A DNA stretch of 64,000 nucleotides from NCBI GenBank assembly GCA_017301995.1, contig JAFLEH010000005.1, positions 47,181 through 111,180 of the forward strand, written 5' to 3'. The stretch comes from Verrucomicrobiota bacterium (GTDB taxonomy: Bacteria > Verrucomicrobiota > Verrucomicrobiia > Verrucomicrobiales > Akkermansiaceae). A model generated the notes under the pieces. The model was not told where the DNA came from. It did no database searches and was given only the letters and a program-made list of their open reading frames with translations. A program made the position numbers and the translations under genes. Below are positions 9,205-17,922 of the stretch, piece by piece. Numbering within the stretch: position 1 is the first letter of the stretch; the number at the start of each line of letters is the position of its first letter.

Positions 9205-9370
9205 AATTGGCTTGCGGGTCGGCTGGCGGCGTGCTACCGGTTGTTCATGCAAACGACCTTTCGAAGCGTCGATGGACGAAGTCCGCACTTCCGGATCGGT
9301 GTTCTACCAGCTCAACGACCGGTCGTTGTTCCACCCCCAAAACCGACCGGTCGGTGAACTCACCTGTTCG
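9205..9370. repeat. ~165-bp cargo-repeat, copy C1
   Basis: Aligns with 11946-12073, 13388-13553 and 14157-14277. Contains twin 10-bp palindromes CGACCGGTCG at 9316-9325 and 9344-9353. Confidence 0.85.
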
Positions 9371-9375
9371 GATAT

Positions 9376-9822
9376 ATGATAAAGCCACTTTCCAGAGCAT
9401 TATTATTCTGGGCATCATTCGCATACTGCGGATGCACGATCCACAAAGACATTTCGTGGAATAAGTCGTATTGGAAAAATATTGACAGATTTGGCCAATA
9501 TGAACTGGTCAAGCCCGTAAAAATGTGGGCCGGATCATCTTTGTATGATAAGGCCAGATGGGACATGCGGGTTGCCGCCCCTAACCTTTCCGACCCAATG
9601 GATCCCACTCTTCCCTCAGGAACCATTATTCAACCGCAATGGGTTTATAGGGATTCATCAACGCTACAATATCTGAACATCGAGTATGGAGCCACAATAG
9701 TTGGTGGAAAATTGAATGGGAGGCGCATCGAAATTACCAATCTTCTCATCCTCCAAACTGGCACGGAAGGGGTGAGATACCCGAATCCGCACTACCTTCG
9801 AATCAAATCTGTCGAGCAGTAA
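9376..9822 (+). CDS. secreted/lipoprotein-like hypothetical protein (148 aa)
   Basis: N-terminal hydrophobic leader ending FAYCGC. GC clearly lower than the flanks. Starts 6 nt after repeat C1. Confidence 0.6.
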   Translation: MIKPLSRALLFWASFAYCGCTIHKDISWNKSYWKNIDRFGQYELVKPVKMWAGSSLYDKARWDMRVAAPNLSDPMDPTLPSGTIIQPQWVYRDSSTLQYLNIEYGATIVGGKLNGRRIEITNLLILQTGTEGVRYPNPHYLRIKSVEQ

Positions 9823-9967
9823 ATATCCATTTCCGAACAAGTCATGCCAGGCAACCCGCAGTCGCTTCTCAACCACATCTCAGCACCGACGATTTGGCCG
9901 GGTGCCTGCATTTGATCGTTCTCGGTCCAGAAATAAATCGCCCGATATACTTCCCACTTGTGAACCT

Positions 9968-10381
9968 ATGAAGATCCTAATTCGAACATTTGCCGTGGCC
10001 GCTTGCCTCCACCTATCGGGTTGCATTATCGTTCCCGTCCCTGGTGCCAAAACCGTGGCTTCGGCGGTCTCCGGAACCGTCGTGGACTCGAAAACCCGCA
10101 AGCCTATTCCAAACGCAACCGTAATGTGGAGCTATGTGCCGCAAACGCAAGTGAAGACGGACGACGCTGGCCGTTTCAGTGTCAGGGATCATAAGGAATT
10201 TTATCTCATGAGCGTTTATGCCCTAACGGGTGATCTCGTTGCTCCCAAGATTTCCTCGGCATACCAATTTGAAGCGTCTCACCCGGAGTATCAGAAGACA
10301 ATTTTGACCGTGCCGGATATGGTAGATGAGCAACACCGCATCGGCGTGACCCCTATTACCATCACACTCAAACGCAAATAG
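9968..10381 (+). CDS. lipoprotein with carboxypeptidase-regulatory-like beta-sandwich
   Basis: MKILIRTFAVAACLHLSGC lipobox; GTVVDSKTRKPIPNATV...DDAGRFSV motif. Confidence 0.6.
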   Translation: MKILIRTFAVAACLHLSGCIIVPVPGAKTVASAVSGTVVDSKTRKPIPNATVMWSYVPQTQVKTDDAGRFSVRDHKEFYLMSVYALTGDLVAPKISSAYQFEASHPEYQKTILTVPDMVDEQHRIGVTPITITLKRK

Positions 10382-10535
10382 CTTGAATCCGTTCGGCTAC
10401 AGGGAGCGATCCGCTGCGCAACCTAGGACCGAACAAGAAGCCGTGGCGCACCAACCGGTCATAAGCTTTTCAATTTCATTTTTTTCTCTATTCAACCGAG
10501 CCGGTGGGCGCACATCTAACGGCGACAATAATATC

Positions 10536-10925
10536 ATGCACAAGACAATCAGCCTCTGCCTGATCGCATTAGCTCTCTCCGGGTGCGGCACCTCATGGTA
10601 TGCAAAGTCTGACCCAGTCGAGGAGGCACGAACCCAAATTTCCAAGGGTAATTTCGAGCTGATGGGATTGGCCGATTTCTCGAAGGAGGACTTTTGGATA
10701 CCTGGAGTCGCTGGACACAAAAAGGGCCACAAGCGCACGGATGTAACCTGGCATGGAGTGAGTGGACAGAATGACCCCTATATCCAATCTGCCGAACCAT
10801 ACATGAAGCAGTTCAACCGCATCATCCTCGAATTCAGGAAGGGACAGAAGATCGACTTCTATGGACACAGCCCGAAAAACAAGGACTACATCTCACCGGA
10901 AAAGCTCCACGCCGGCTACCGCTGA
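10536..10925 (+). CDS. lipoprotein, hypothetical
   Basis: MHKTISLCLIALALSGC lipobox leader. Confidence 0.6.
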   Translation: MHKTISLCLIALALSGCGTSWYAKSDPVEEARTQISKGNFELMGLADFSKEDFWIPGVAGHKKGHKRTDVTWHGVSGQNDPYIQSAEPYMKQFNRIILEFRKGQKIDFYGHSPKNKDYISPEKLHAGYR

Positions 10926-10944
10926 GAGAACGTTCGCTTCAAAT

Positions 10945-11334
10945 ATGAATCCACAACTTGTCGCAATCCTTGCAGTAGCTTCGGCGCTCCTGGTGGGCTG
11001 CGATGATTCAGCGTCCTTGTCCTACCCTACAAGAGCAGACGCAGAAGCTGACCGTCCTTTTGCGCGTGGCTGGCTTCCTCAGATCGTTCCGACATCAAGC
11101 AAGGGGATCACGATGACGAATGATCTCGACCTCAACATATCGAATGGTGCCTTCCAATTTGATGCTTCCGATCACGATGCATTCGTCGCCCATTTGACTA
11201 GAACCCCAGAGGATGACAGGGATGGTTCTGCCGCATACACCTACAAAGATTGGACATTCTGGATCAGCCCTGACAAGAGCCGGTGCAGGTTCCACATGCG
11301 TCTAAGCCGTAACGAAACGGCAAGCGGACAATAA
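10945..11334 (+). CDS. lipoprotein, hypothetical
   Basis: MNPQLVAILAVASALLVGC lipobox leader. Confidence 0.6.
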   Translation: MNPQLVAILAVASALLVGCDDSASLSYPTRADAEADRPFARGWLPQIVPTSSKGITMTNDLDLNISNGAFQFDASDHDAFVAHLTRTPEDDRDGSAAYTYKDWTFWISPDKSRCRFHMRLSRNETASGQ

Positions 11335-11454
11335 ACGGTGGTGGACAACCGGCTACCCGCCCCGAGTCAAAATGGCCCTCGTAACTACAACCCTCACCCC
11401 TATTGTGGAGTGGCACTCCCGGTAGCAGGTTGCCACACCTCGACGTTGAACTCC

Positions 11455-11640
11455 TCACCTCCGCCGCATCTTCCGCGCCATCGCCACGAGCGAGAGGATG
11501 CCGACGGCGAGGCCGACGAGGAGCGAGGCGATCCGCAGGTGCCACTCGACCTGCTCCTGGAACGAGGTGACGACTCTCGGTTTCACATCGCCATCTACGT
11601 CATCGGTGGATTGACCGTCCGCCACGGGCACCAAACGCAA
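11455..11640 (-). CDS. small tail-anchored membrane protein; chimeric paralogue of 14761-14955
   Basis: C-terminal 40 aa (VTSFQEQVEWHLRIASLLVGLAVGILS.VAM.RKMRRR) lie within a 133-bp near-identical DNA block shared with 14748-14880. Confidence 0.5.
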   Translation of the reverse strand: MRLVPVADGQSTDDVDGDVKPRVVTSFQEQVEWHLRIASLLVGLAVGILSLVAMARKMRRR

Positions 11641-11706
11641 AATCCGAGGCTGGGAATTCTGGCTCCCAACCCCGGATTTGTGTGATGCCAGAAATGCGGC
11701 TGCCGC

Positions 11707-11898
11707 TCAGCCCTTGAAGCTCTGGTTGGGCTGGCCGTCGTCGAGCAGGTCGCCGATGCGGTTCACCGCGTCCTTGAGGATCGAGGCGGCGGCAAACACG
11801 ATCACCCCGACTTGCGGGTCCACAAACGGGATGACGTTGAGCGCGGAAACGAAACCTGCCACCTTGCCGACGAAGCTGAGATACTTGAGTGCTTTCAT
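11707..11898 (-). CDS. holin-like small membrane protein (63 aa)
   Basis: Homologous to the N-terminal half of 32053-32430 (compare ...DLLDDGQPNQSFKG with ...DWFDDGKPNKSFK). Preceded by TTGACAT-N16. Confidence 0.5.
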   Translation of the reverse strand: MKALKYLSFVGKVAGFVSALNVIPFVDPQVGVIVFAAASILKDAVNRIGDLLDDGQPNQSFKG

Positions 11899-11945
11899 GG
11901 TGACACGGGGCGGAATGTCAACGGCTGGCGGCAGGTGCGGGTGAA

Positions 11946-12073
11946 AATTGGTTTGCGGGTCGGCTGTCGGCGTGCTACCGGTTGTTCATGCGATTGGCCT
12001 TTCAAAGCGTCAGTGGACGAACTCCGCACTTCCGGGTCGGTGTTCTGCCAGCTCAACGACCGGTCGGTGAACC
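11946..12073. repeat. cargo-repeat, copy C2 (internal 28-bp deletion between the two CGACCGGTCG palindromes)
   Basis: Alignment with C1 and C3. Confidence 0.8.
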
Positions 12074-12093
12074 TAAACGTCGAAAAAAATATC

Positions 12094-13299
12094 ATGAACC
12101 CATGTTTAAAATTGACACCCCATAACAAGGCTTACCAGTGCATTCAAGCCGCCATTTCCATAATTGGCATCGCTGGCATGCTCCTGACAGCCCCGGTGCG
12201 GGGTGAAGGCGATACAGCGTCCAAGAGCGATGGCGATTCGGGAACCGGGGCGGTGACCGAAGACACTTCGGGTGGCCTGCACGGCGATTATACCGCCGTC
12301 CGCAAGCCACTCAAGGAATTCTCTATTCCAGTCAAGGGAGAAATCCGGGGTGTGAGCGTTTCACCGGATGCGAAGCACCTCGTGTTCCACGAACTCGCCA
12401 GCAAAGAGGACGGAAGCAGTGTTTCAAGGGTTTCCGTCATGGAACTTGCCACCGGAAAGGTGACCCGCCTACAGGAATGGCCACAAATGGCGATGCAGCG
12501 CATGTTGGTGATAGCTCCGGATGGAAAGAGCGTCGTGCTGGAAGAACTTAAAGATGGCTCGGCGGGTCGTTACGATTTGGCAACAGGCAAAAGGATCCAG
12601 CGCTATGACTCACCGAAGGATAAGCCTGTGGGATCGCTTCATGCTTCACCCGACGGGAAGCGGATGGCCGGAGGGTCACGCGATTTTGGGGCGGTGTATT
12701 GGGATTTGGAGCATGGTGAGGTCCACCAAGCGGGTCTTGATTTTGTTTCTACCAAGGTTGGGTTTCTTGTCTATCCGCTCAGTGCTCGCAAAACCCTACT
12801 GGTGATAGCGCTGCCCGCAAAGGAGGGTGATCCGACCAAGCTCGTTCTAGTGGAGCCGGATACCGGCAAGACAAGGCAACTAACGGAGATCGTGGAGAAT
12901 TTCGACGTCCAATTCGATGCGGGCGGTAAGACGCTCTTTGTGTTTCGCCAGCGGAGTCCCGACAAGGTTGCTTGGACTGGTATTGAATTGTGGGATGTGG
13001 ATTCCGCAAAGATCACGCGGACCATTGACCTAAAGCCACCGATGTCCTCCATCGGACTGACCCTGACCCGGGACGGTCGCCATCTATTCCTCCACCAATA
13101 CATGATGCAACATGCGGTGGTATGGGATTTGACGAGGGGCAAACTGACCGCAGTGACAGGCCCGGAGAACGGCGGTTTCAGCACTTTTTCGATTACCCCG
13201 GACGGCGACAAACTGATTGGCGTTTATGGGAACTGGGAGGAGGGATCTCTCAAAGCCGACAAGCTCGGGTTGTTCGATACGAGCATGCTCGTTCGATAA
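12094..13299 (+). CDS. secreted beta-propeller-like protein (TolB/WD40-like repeats)
   Basis: Hydrophobic leader. Recurrent SPDGK-type blade motifs: VSPDAKHLVF, IAPDGKSVVL, ASPDGKRMAG, LTRDGRHLFL, ITPDGDKLIG. Confidence 0.6.
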   Translation: MNPCLKLTPHNKAYQCIQAAISIIGIAGMLLTAPVRGEGDTASKSDGDSGTGAVTEDTSGGLHGDYTAVRKPLKEFSIPVKGEIRGVSVSPDAKHLVFHELASKEDGSSVSRVSVMELATGKVTRLQEWPQMAMQRMLVIAPDGKSVVLEELKDGSAGRYDLATGKRIQRYDSPKDKPVGSLHASPDGKRMAGGSRDFGAVYWDLEHGEVHQAGLDFVSTKVGFLVYPLSARKTLLVIALPAKEGDPTKLVLVEPDTGKTRQLTEIVENFDVQFDAGGKTLFVFRQRSPDKVAWTGIELWDVDSAKITRTIDLKPPMSSIGLTLTRDGRHLFLHQYMMQHAVVWDLTRGKLTAVTGPENGGFSTFSITPDGDKLIGVYGNWEEGSLKADKLGLFDTSMLVR

Positions 13300-13311
13300 T
13301 GAGCCGAACAA

Positions 13312-13347
13312 GTCGCCGGCGAAGCTGAGATATTCGAGAGATTTCAT
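13312..13347 (-). pseudogene. 5' remnant of a holin-like gene
   Basis: MKSLEYLSFAGD aligns with MKALKYLSFVGK at 11898 and has the same upstream TTGACAC motif. Homology then stops, and the rest of the ORF is antisense to 12094-13299. Confidence 0.45.
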
Positions 13348-13387
13348 GGTGCCAGTGGGGCGGTGTCAACGGCTCAAGAGGGACTGG

Positions 13388-13553
13388 CGATTCCGCTTGC
13401 GGGACGGCTGGCGGCGTGCTACCGGTTGTTCATGCAAATGACCTTTCAAAGCGTCGATGGGCGGACTCCGCACTTCCGGGTCGGTGTTCTGCCAGCTCAA
13501 CGACCGGTCGTTGTTCCACCCCCAAAGCCGACCGGTCAGAACTCACCTGTTGG
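13388..13553. repeat. cargo-repeat, copy C3
   Basis: Alignment with C1. Confidence 0.85.
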
Positions 13554-13577
13554 CAGAGATTTTGTGCGATCACTTTT

Positions 13578-14264
13578 ATGCTCACCATAAATCCACTCTT
13601 GAAGGCCGTGGCGCTGTTACTGCTGGCGGCTGTGGCTGGCTGCGTGAATGAACCCGCGCATCGATCATGGCCCAAGCCGGTGCAGGCGGCCACGCTGAGC
13701 CAGTTTGCCGGGGTGTATCGAAACAAGAGCTACGACTACAAAACCGGTAAGCCATCAGACTTCGGCAGCGGGTTCTATCACTTTCTCACGGGCGGGCGCG
13801 ACGACGACTTGGAGTATGACGGCGACCGGCTGGCGATTCGGTTCAGCCCGGATGGCGAGCTAATGCATCTGCGGCTCCTGGACGTCCGGGGAAAGGTGAT
13901 CCAATCCGCCGACCTGCGGCGCGGTGTTCAATTTGATTTCATCAACGGCATGATCGTCCGCAAGATGGGCTCCCAGGGATTTTGCGGCGGAATCGATGGA
14001 GCCTTCATAGGGGTGTCGCACAACCGCTACGAGCTGCGCACCAGCGCCACGGGAGGCATTCTTGGCCATGAAAATTCAACTGGGGGCATGCTGGTAGCCT
14101 TCATTGTTCCCGTCGGCGGCAGCGAGAACATCTGGAGCTACTGGCCGCGCCTGGGAGAAACGACCTTTCAAAGCGTCGATGGACGAAGTCCGCACTTCCG
14201 GGTCGGTGTTCTGCCGGCTCAACGACCGGTCGTTGTTCCACCCCCAATTCCGACCAGTCGGTGA
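13578..14264 (+). CDS. lipoprotein, hypothetical; its last ~35 codons are supplied by repeat copy C4
   Basis: MLTINPLLKAVALLLLAAVAGC lipobox. The ORF runs into the repeat, giving the tail TFQSVDGRSPHFRVGVLPAQRPVVVPPPIPTSR. Confidence 0.55.
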   Translation: MLTINPLLKAVALLLLAAVAGCVNEPAHRSWPKPVQAATLSQFAGVYRNKSYDYKTGKPSDFGSGFYHFLTGGRDDDLEYDGDRLAIRFSPDGELMHLRLLDVRGKVIQSADLRRGVQFDFINGMIVRKMGSQGFCGGIDGAFIGVSHNRYELRTSATGGILGHENSTGGMLVAFIVPVGGSENIWSYWPRLGETTFQSVDGRSPHFRVGVLPAQRPVVVPPPIPTSR

Positions 14265-14277
14265 ACTCACCTGTTCG
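14157..14277. repeat. cargo-repeat, copy C4 (3' two-thirds only)
   Basis: Alignment with C1 and C3. Confidence 0.85.
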
Positions 14278-14337
14278 TCCAATAACTGAAAGACGGTAAT
14301 CGCAGCCATTTGATCGAAGGCCCCAAAAAAAATACCT

Positions 14338-14715
14338 GTGAGACGCAGCCAATCGTATTTACGACTAGCCCTTATTGGATCTGTTCTAGGTTCGATCAGC
14401 ACCTTTATGAGCTACGGCGCTGGAGGCTGCCTGATCCTAGCAATTGCTATTGGTAGCCTGGCGGTGATCGCGCGGTGGAAGACCAACACAATTCCGGCCA
14501 CGCTGATCTACGCGACTGCCGTCTGTGCCGCTTTCTACACAGTTGGTTTTCGGATCATTTCCGGTCCACTAAGTGCACAGACTTTGATGATCTTCCTCAT
14601 GATGATCGCTATTCCGACTTTGATCGCGATCTTGGTAGCGGGCTTTCGAGATTCCTCCGACAAAAAGAATGACGAACAAGACGGCCGAGGCGACGGCGAT
14701 AAGCTGCCAAAATGA
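14338..14715 (+). CDS. integral membrane protein (about 4 TM segments), hypothetical
   Basis: Four hydrophobic stretches; acidic/basic C-terminal tail; lower GC. Confidence 0.5.
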   Translation: MRRSQSYLRLALIGSVLGSISTFMSYGAGGCLILAIAIGSLAVIARWKTNTIPATLIYATAVCAAFYTVGFRIISGPLSAQTLMIFLMMIAIPTLIAILVAGFRDSSDKKNDEQDGRGDGDKLPK

Positions 14716-14760
14716 ATCGAAGTCTTGCGCGCCGCCGCCTCACCAATGACGTTGAACTCC

Positions 14761-14955
14761 TCACCTCCGCCGCATCTTCCGCACCATCGCCACCACGGAG
14801 AGGATGCCGACGGCGAGGCCGACGAGGAGCGAGGCGATCCGCAGGTGCCACTCGACCTGCTCCTGGAACGAGGTGACGACGCCCAGCACCGGCGAGGCGA
14901 TGCCGACGATGGCTTTGGCGGTGTATTCGATGTCGATGTTGATCGGGATGCGCAT
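14761..14955 (-). CDS. small tail-anchored membrane protein (64 aa)
   Basis: C-terminal TM segment plus RKMRRR tail; paralogue of 11455-11640. Confidence 0.5.
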   Translation of the reverse strand: MRIPINIDIEYTAKAIVGIASPVLGVVTSFQEQVEWHLRIASLLVGLAVGILSVVAMVRKMRRR

Positions 14956-14963
14956 GGCTGGTG

Positions 14964-15317
14964 TCAGAATTGGATTGCGATGGCGGCGCGGGCGGTGTCG
15001 TCAGGAGCGGTTTTGACCGCGTTCTCCAGCCCGACCCTCTGGAGCCAGAGCGCCTGATAGATCCCGCCGTACTGGACGAGGATGGCGCGGACCTGATCTG
15101 TCGGCAGGGTGTGCGGCTGGCCGTCCCGGTCGGCGATGGCGGTTTGAGCCGGGAGCATCCCCAGCCGTTCAGCCTCGTTGAGCATGGTGAGAAGCTGGGT
15201 GAATGCGGTGCGGTCGGAGTCGGCGGCACGCAGGGTGATGCCGGCCACCGTGATGCCACGGCGGATGCGGGCGGCAAAGGCGCCGTCGATGCGGGCGAGT
15301 GCGGAGCGAATGTTCAT
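14964..15317 (-). CDS. DUF4376-like protein (tail-fibre associated)
   Basis: Pattern ...ITVAGITLRAADSDRTAFTQLL...HTLPTDQVRAIL...AAIAI typical of DUF4376; lies adjacent to the tail fibre genes. Confidence 0.5.
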   Translation of the reverse strand: MNIRSALARIDGAFAARIRRGITVAGITLRAADSDRTAFTQLLTMLNEAERLGMLPAQTAIADRDGQPHTLPTDQVRAILVQYGGIYQALWLQRVGLENAVKTAPDDTARAAIAIQF

Positions 15318-16729
15318 GGGGTCGGGCTGGTGTTGACGGGTGTTCCGAGAAGTTCGAGGCGGCGGCCGGCGGTGGGAATGCCGATCCAGTCTAGCAGGCC
15401 GTTGATTTTCGCCGGATCATTCATGTCGGCCGTGTCAATGTGCCGGACCATGCCGGGGAACTCGGCCTCCAGCGCGGCGACATGATCGCGGCACCACGCC
15501 AGATAGGCCCGCACCCTGGCCTCGCGTTCCGGAATGGAGTCGAACTTGGGTAGTGCCTTCGACCATCCCCGGTGGGTCCAGCCCTCGGGCGGTTCGGTGA
15601 CGAACGGGTCGTGCTGCTGCCGCTCCAGTTGAGCCACCCACGAGGCGGCCAGTTCGTCGGTGTCGCGGTCGGTGACAACCAGCTTCACCGGATAACCCTG
15701 CGCCACAAGCCATCGGGTCATTCCCGCAGCCATCCAGGTGTTCGCCGGGGTGAAGTCGCCGACAAAATGGCGGCCCGGACGGTCGGCGACGAGACGCTTG
15801 GCGAACCCGTCCACGTTGGGCAGATTGAGCAGGACCGGCGAATAGCTCTCATGCGAAATCCACGCACCCGGCTGCATGTTGAGCAGGGTTGCCATGAACG
15901 AGGTGCCCGAACGCCCCGGCCCCAACCCAAGCACCACCACCGGCTTCTGATCGTCGCCCAGCGGCGGCGCGACGGTATCGGCGGCGAGAAACGCGTCCAT
16001 GATCTTGGCGATGGCCAGGCGGGCGTCCCCCCCGGCGTGGTTCACCGGACTCGGGTTGCCGAACAACACGACATCGGTTTGCCCCTTCACCGCCGCCATG
16101 TCGCGGCCGTCGCGGTCGTGCATCCAGCGGACCCGGTTCTGGGCGAAGCTGAGCGGACCGAAGGAAAGCGCCTCGCGGCTGATGATCACATCCTCGTGCA
16201 ACGGTCGGGAAACGGTCCCCTGGTTGGTGAGCAGCCACGCGTCCTGCAACTCGTCGGACAGGCTCTCGGCCAGGCGGTTGTATTTGGCGGCGAGCGCGTC
16301 AACGATCCAGCGGCGGAACGCGTAGCACGGACCATAGACGTAATTCTCGTTCCGGCCGTAGCCCGCGCCCGCCAATCCCGGTTCGTCCACCAACGGTTTG
16401 ACCACATTCGCCAGCGACAGGACCAGCGTGTCGGGGTCGATCTTGAGCACCACCTCGGCATCGCCCGCATGATCGGACATGGCCGTCATCTGTTCGGCGA
16501 ACCAGCGCACGCCGCGCAAGTTCCCAAGGCGCGGGGTGGCCGTGCGCACGACCGCGATGCCATCAGCGGTTAGAGCGGTGCGGGCGGCTTCCGGCAATGG
16601 CGAGTTGCCGTCCTCGGCCACGACGAAGGAAACCTCGTGGATTCCCTGGTCGAGACGGGCGGCGGCGATGCAGCGCGACAGCAACGGGGCTTCGGGCGCA
16701 TGGGTGAAAATGAAGCAGGTGAGTTTCAT
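15314..16729 (-). CDS. fusion of glycosyltransferase-like N-domain and sulfotransferase-like C-domain (471 aa)
   Basis: N-terminal half is paralogous to 17919-18560 (LGNLRGVRWF / VLKIDPDT). C-terminal half has the PAPS-type P-loop VVVLGLGPGRSGTSF. Start taken at MKLTCFIF. Confidence 0.55.
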   Translation of the reverse strand: MKLTCFIFTHAPEAPLLSRCIAAARLDQGIHEVSFVVAEDGNSPLPEAARTALTADGIAVVRTATPRLGNLRGVRWFAEQMTAMSDHAGDAEVVLKIDPDTLVLSLANVVKPLVDEPGLAGAGYGRNENYVYGPCYAFRRWIVDALAAKYNRLAESLSDELQDAWLLTNQGTVSRPLHEDVIISREALSFGPLSFAQNRVRWMHDRDGRDMAAVKGQTDVVLFGNPSPVNHAGGDARLAIAKIMDAFLAADTVAPPLGDDQKPVVVLGLGPGRSGTSFMATLLNMQPGAWISHESYSPVLLNLPNVDGFAKRLVADRPGRHFVGDFTPANTWMAAGMTRWLVAQGYPVKLVVTDRDTDELAASWVAQLERQQHDPFVTEPPEGWTHRGWSKALPKFDSIPEREARVRAYLAWCRDHVAALEAEFPGMVRHIDTADMNDPAKINGLLDWIGIPTAGRRLELLGTPVNTSPTP

Positions 16730-16743
16730 GAGTTGTGGGAATT

Positions 16744-17922
16744 TCAGTAGGAACCGTAGGTGCCGCCGGTGGTGGAGAGGTCGCCCTGGACAGACGCGAC
16801 CCCCCATTCGGTGAAGCGAATGACCGCCGTGCCACGGGGATCGAGCCAGACTTCCGAGCCGGGGTTGAGACGTCCCGGCTGGCTGGACAGCGTCGGCCAA
16901 TAGGACATGGCACCAAGCGGCACCGGAGAGCCACTGTTGGCATTGAGCACCGCGATGCCGGGGAATGACCAATCACCCGTGCCCGAGTTGAGAACGTCCG
17001 ACCAGAAAGTGCCGCTGTGATAGGACTCCATGTAACTCACCAGATCGGCGAGCGTGTAGCCGGAATACGCATAGTAATAGTCGAGCACATAGAGGGCCAG
17101 CCCCTTGAAGAACGGCGGCAGCGGGAAGGTGGCATAGTCATACGGCGAGGTGAGCACCGCCCGATACGCCTGGTTGATCGCGGCCCATGCGAGCGACTCG
17201 TTGAGCGCGGTGAGTTTCGATCCGTTCGCCGTCGGTGCCACCATCGCGCTGATCGTGCTGCGAGCCGCCGTCGCCGAACTCGCCTTGACCAGCGCCCGGC
17301 CGGTGGTGGTCGAATCCGAGATCGACGCGGCGGTGATCGCAAGTTGGGCGGCCGGCACCTTGCCGCCAGAATCCAGTCCGGCATACCCGTTCGCCGCTCC
17401 CTTGCGGCTGGTCAATTCGATGTTTGCTGGCGCAGGATAGGCCGGTTCGGCGCTGGTCGGCACACCCTCGGTGCCACGGTTCACATCGTTTTCCACGACG
17501 ACTGTGAAGGTGCGCGTGCTGGTCGGTTCTGCGCTTCCCTCGCGCCAGGTGATCTCACCCATGAGCGTGATTTCCGAAAGCTCGGTGCCGGTGGACGAAC
17601 CGACCTGCAACGCCGAATCGAGTTCGGTGGTGTTGAAGCTCGGGGCGCACAGATAGACCGGGCTGGTGGCTCCCGGCGCGGGCAGGGTCCATGTGGCGGT
17701 GTGGACGAGGTAGCCGACATCATAACGGTTGCGCGGCTTCACGCCGAAGCGCAGTTCCAGGGATGCCGGGTCGCCGATGGTGGCGGGCGTGGTTCCGTTG
17801 GTTAGGAAAGCCACTTCCAGCCGGGCCGCATCGCCGCGCTTGAACCGCAGCGAGGTGACCGGATTACGAAAGCCGGGGCCTTCGATCAGTTGGAGCGTTT
17901 CAAGATCAACGTAGAGCTTCAC
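16744..17922 (-). CDS. tail fibre / receptor-binding-like structural protein
   Basis: Position between baseplate-side genes and the DUF4376 gene; Gly/Ser/Thr-rich. GTG start preceded by TTGACAG-N13. Confidence 0.5.
   Translation of the reverse strand: MKLYVDLETLQLIEGPGFRNPVTSLRFKRGDAARLEVAFLTNGTTPATIGDPASLELRFGVKPRNRYDVGYLVHTATWTLPAPGATSPVYLCAPSFNTTELDSALQVGSSTGTELSEITLMGEITWREGSAEPTSTRTFTVVVENDVNRGTEGVPTSAEPAYPAPANIELTSRKGAANGYAGLDSGGKVPAAQLAITAASISDSTTTGRALVKASSATAARSTISAMVAPTANGSKLTALNESLAWAAINQAYRAVLTSPYDYATFPLPPFFKGLALYVLDYYYAYSGYTLADLVSYMESYHSGTFWSDVLNSGTGDWSFPGIAVLNANSGSPVPLGAMSYWPTLSSQPGRLNPGSEVWLDPRGTAVIRFTEWGVASVQGDLSTTGGTYGSY

Noticed and set aside
9205-14277. The cargo repeats as template/variable repeats of a diversity-generating retroelement (one copy forms the 3' end of ORF 13578-14264).
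   Set aside because: There is no reverse transcriptase gene in the window. Mismatches between copies run in both directions (A to G as well as G to A, plus C/G changes) rather than being confined to adenines of one copy.
9205-14277. The cargo repeats as integron attC sites next to the tyrosine recombinase.
   Set aside because: The integrase is co-oriented with the cassettes and has a phage-type context with xis. The repeats lack proper RYYYAAC/GTTRRRY core pairs; only GCTCAAC fits, and its partner GTTGTTC does not. The repeats sit 5' of ORFs together with promoter-like remnants.
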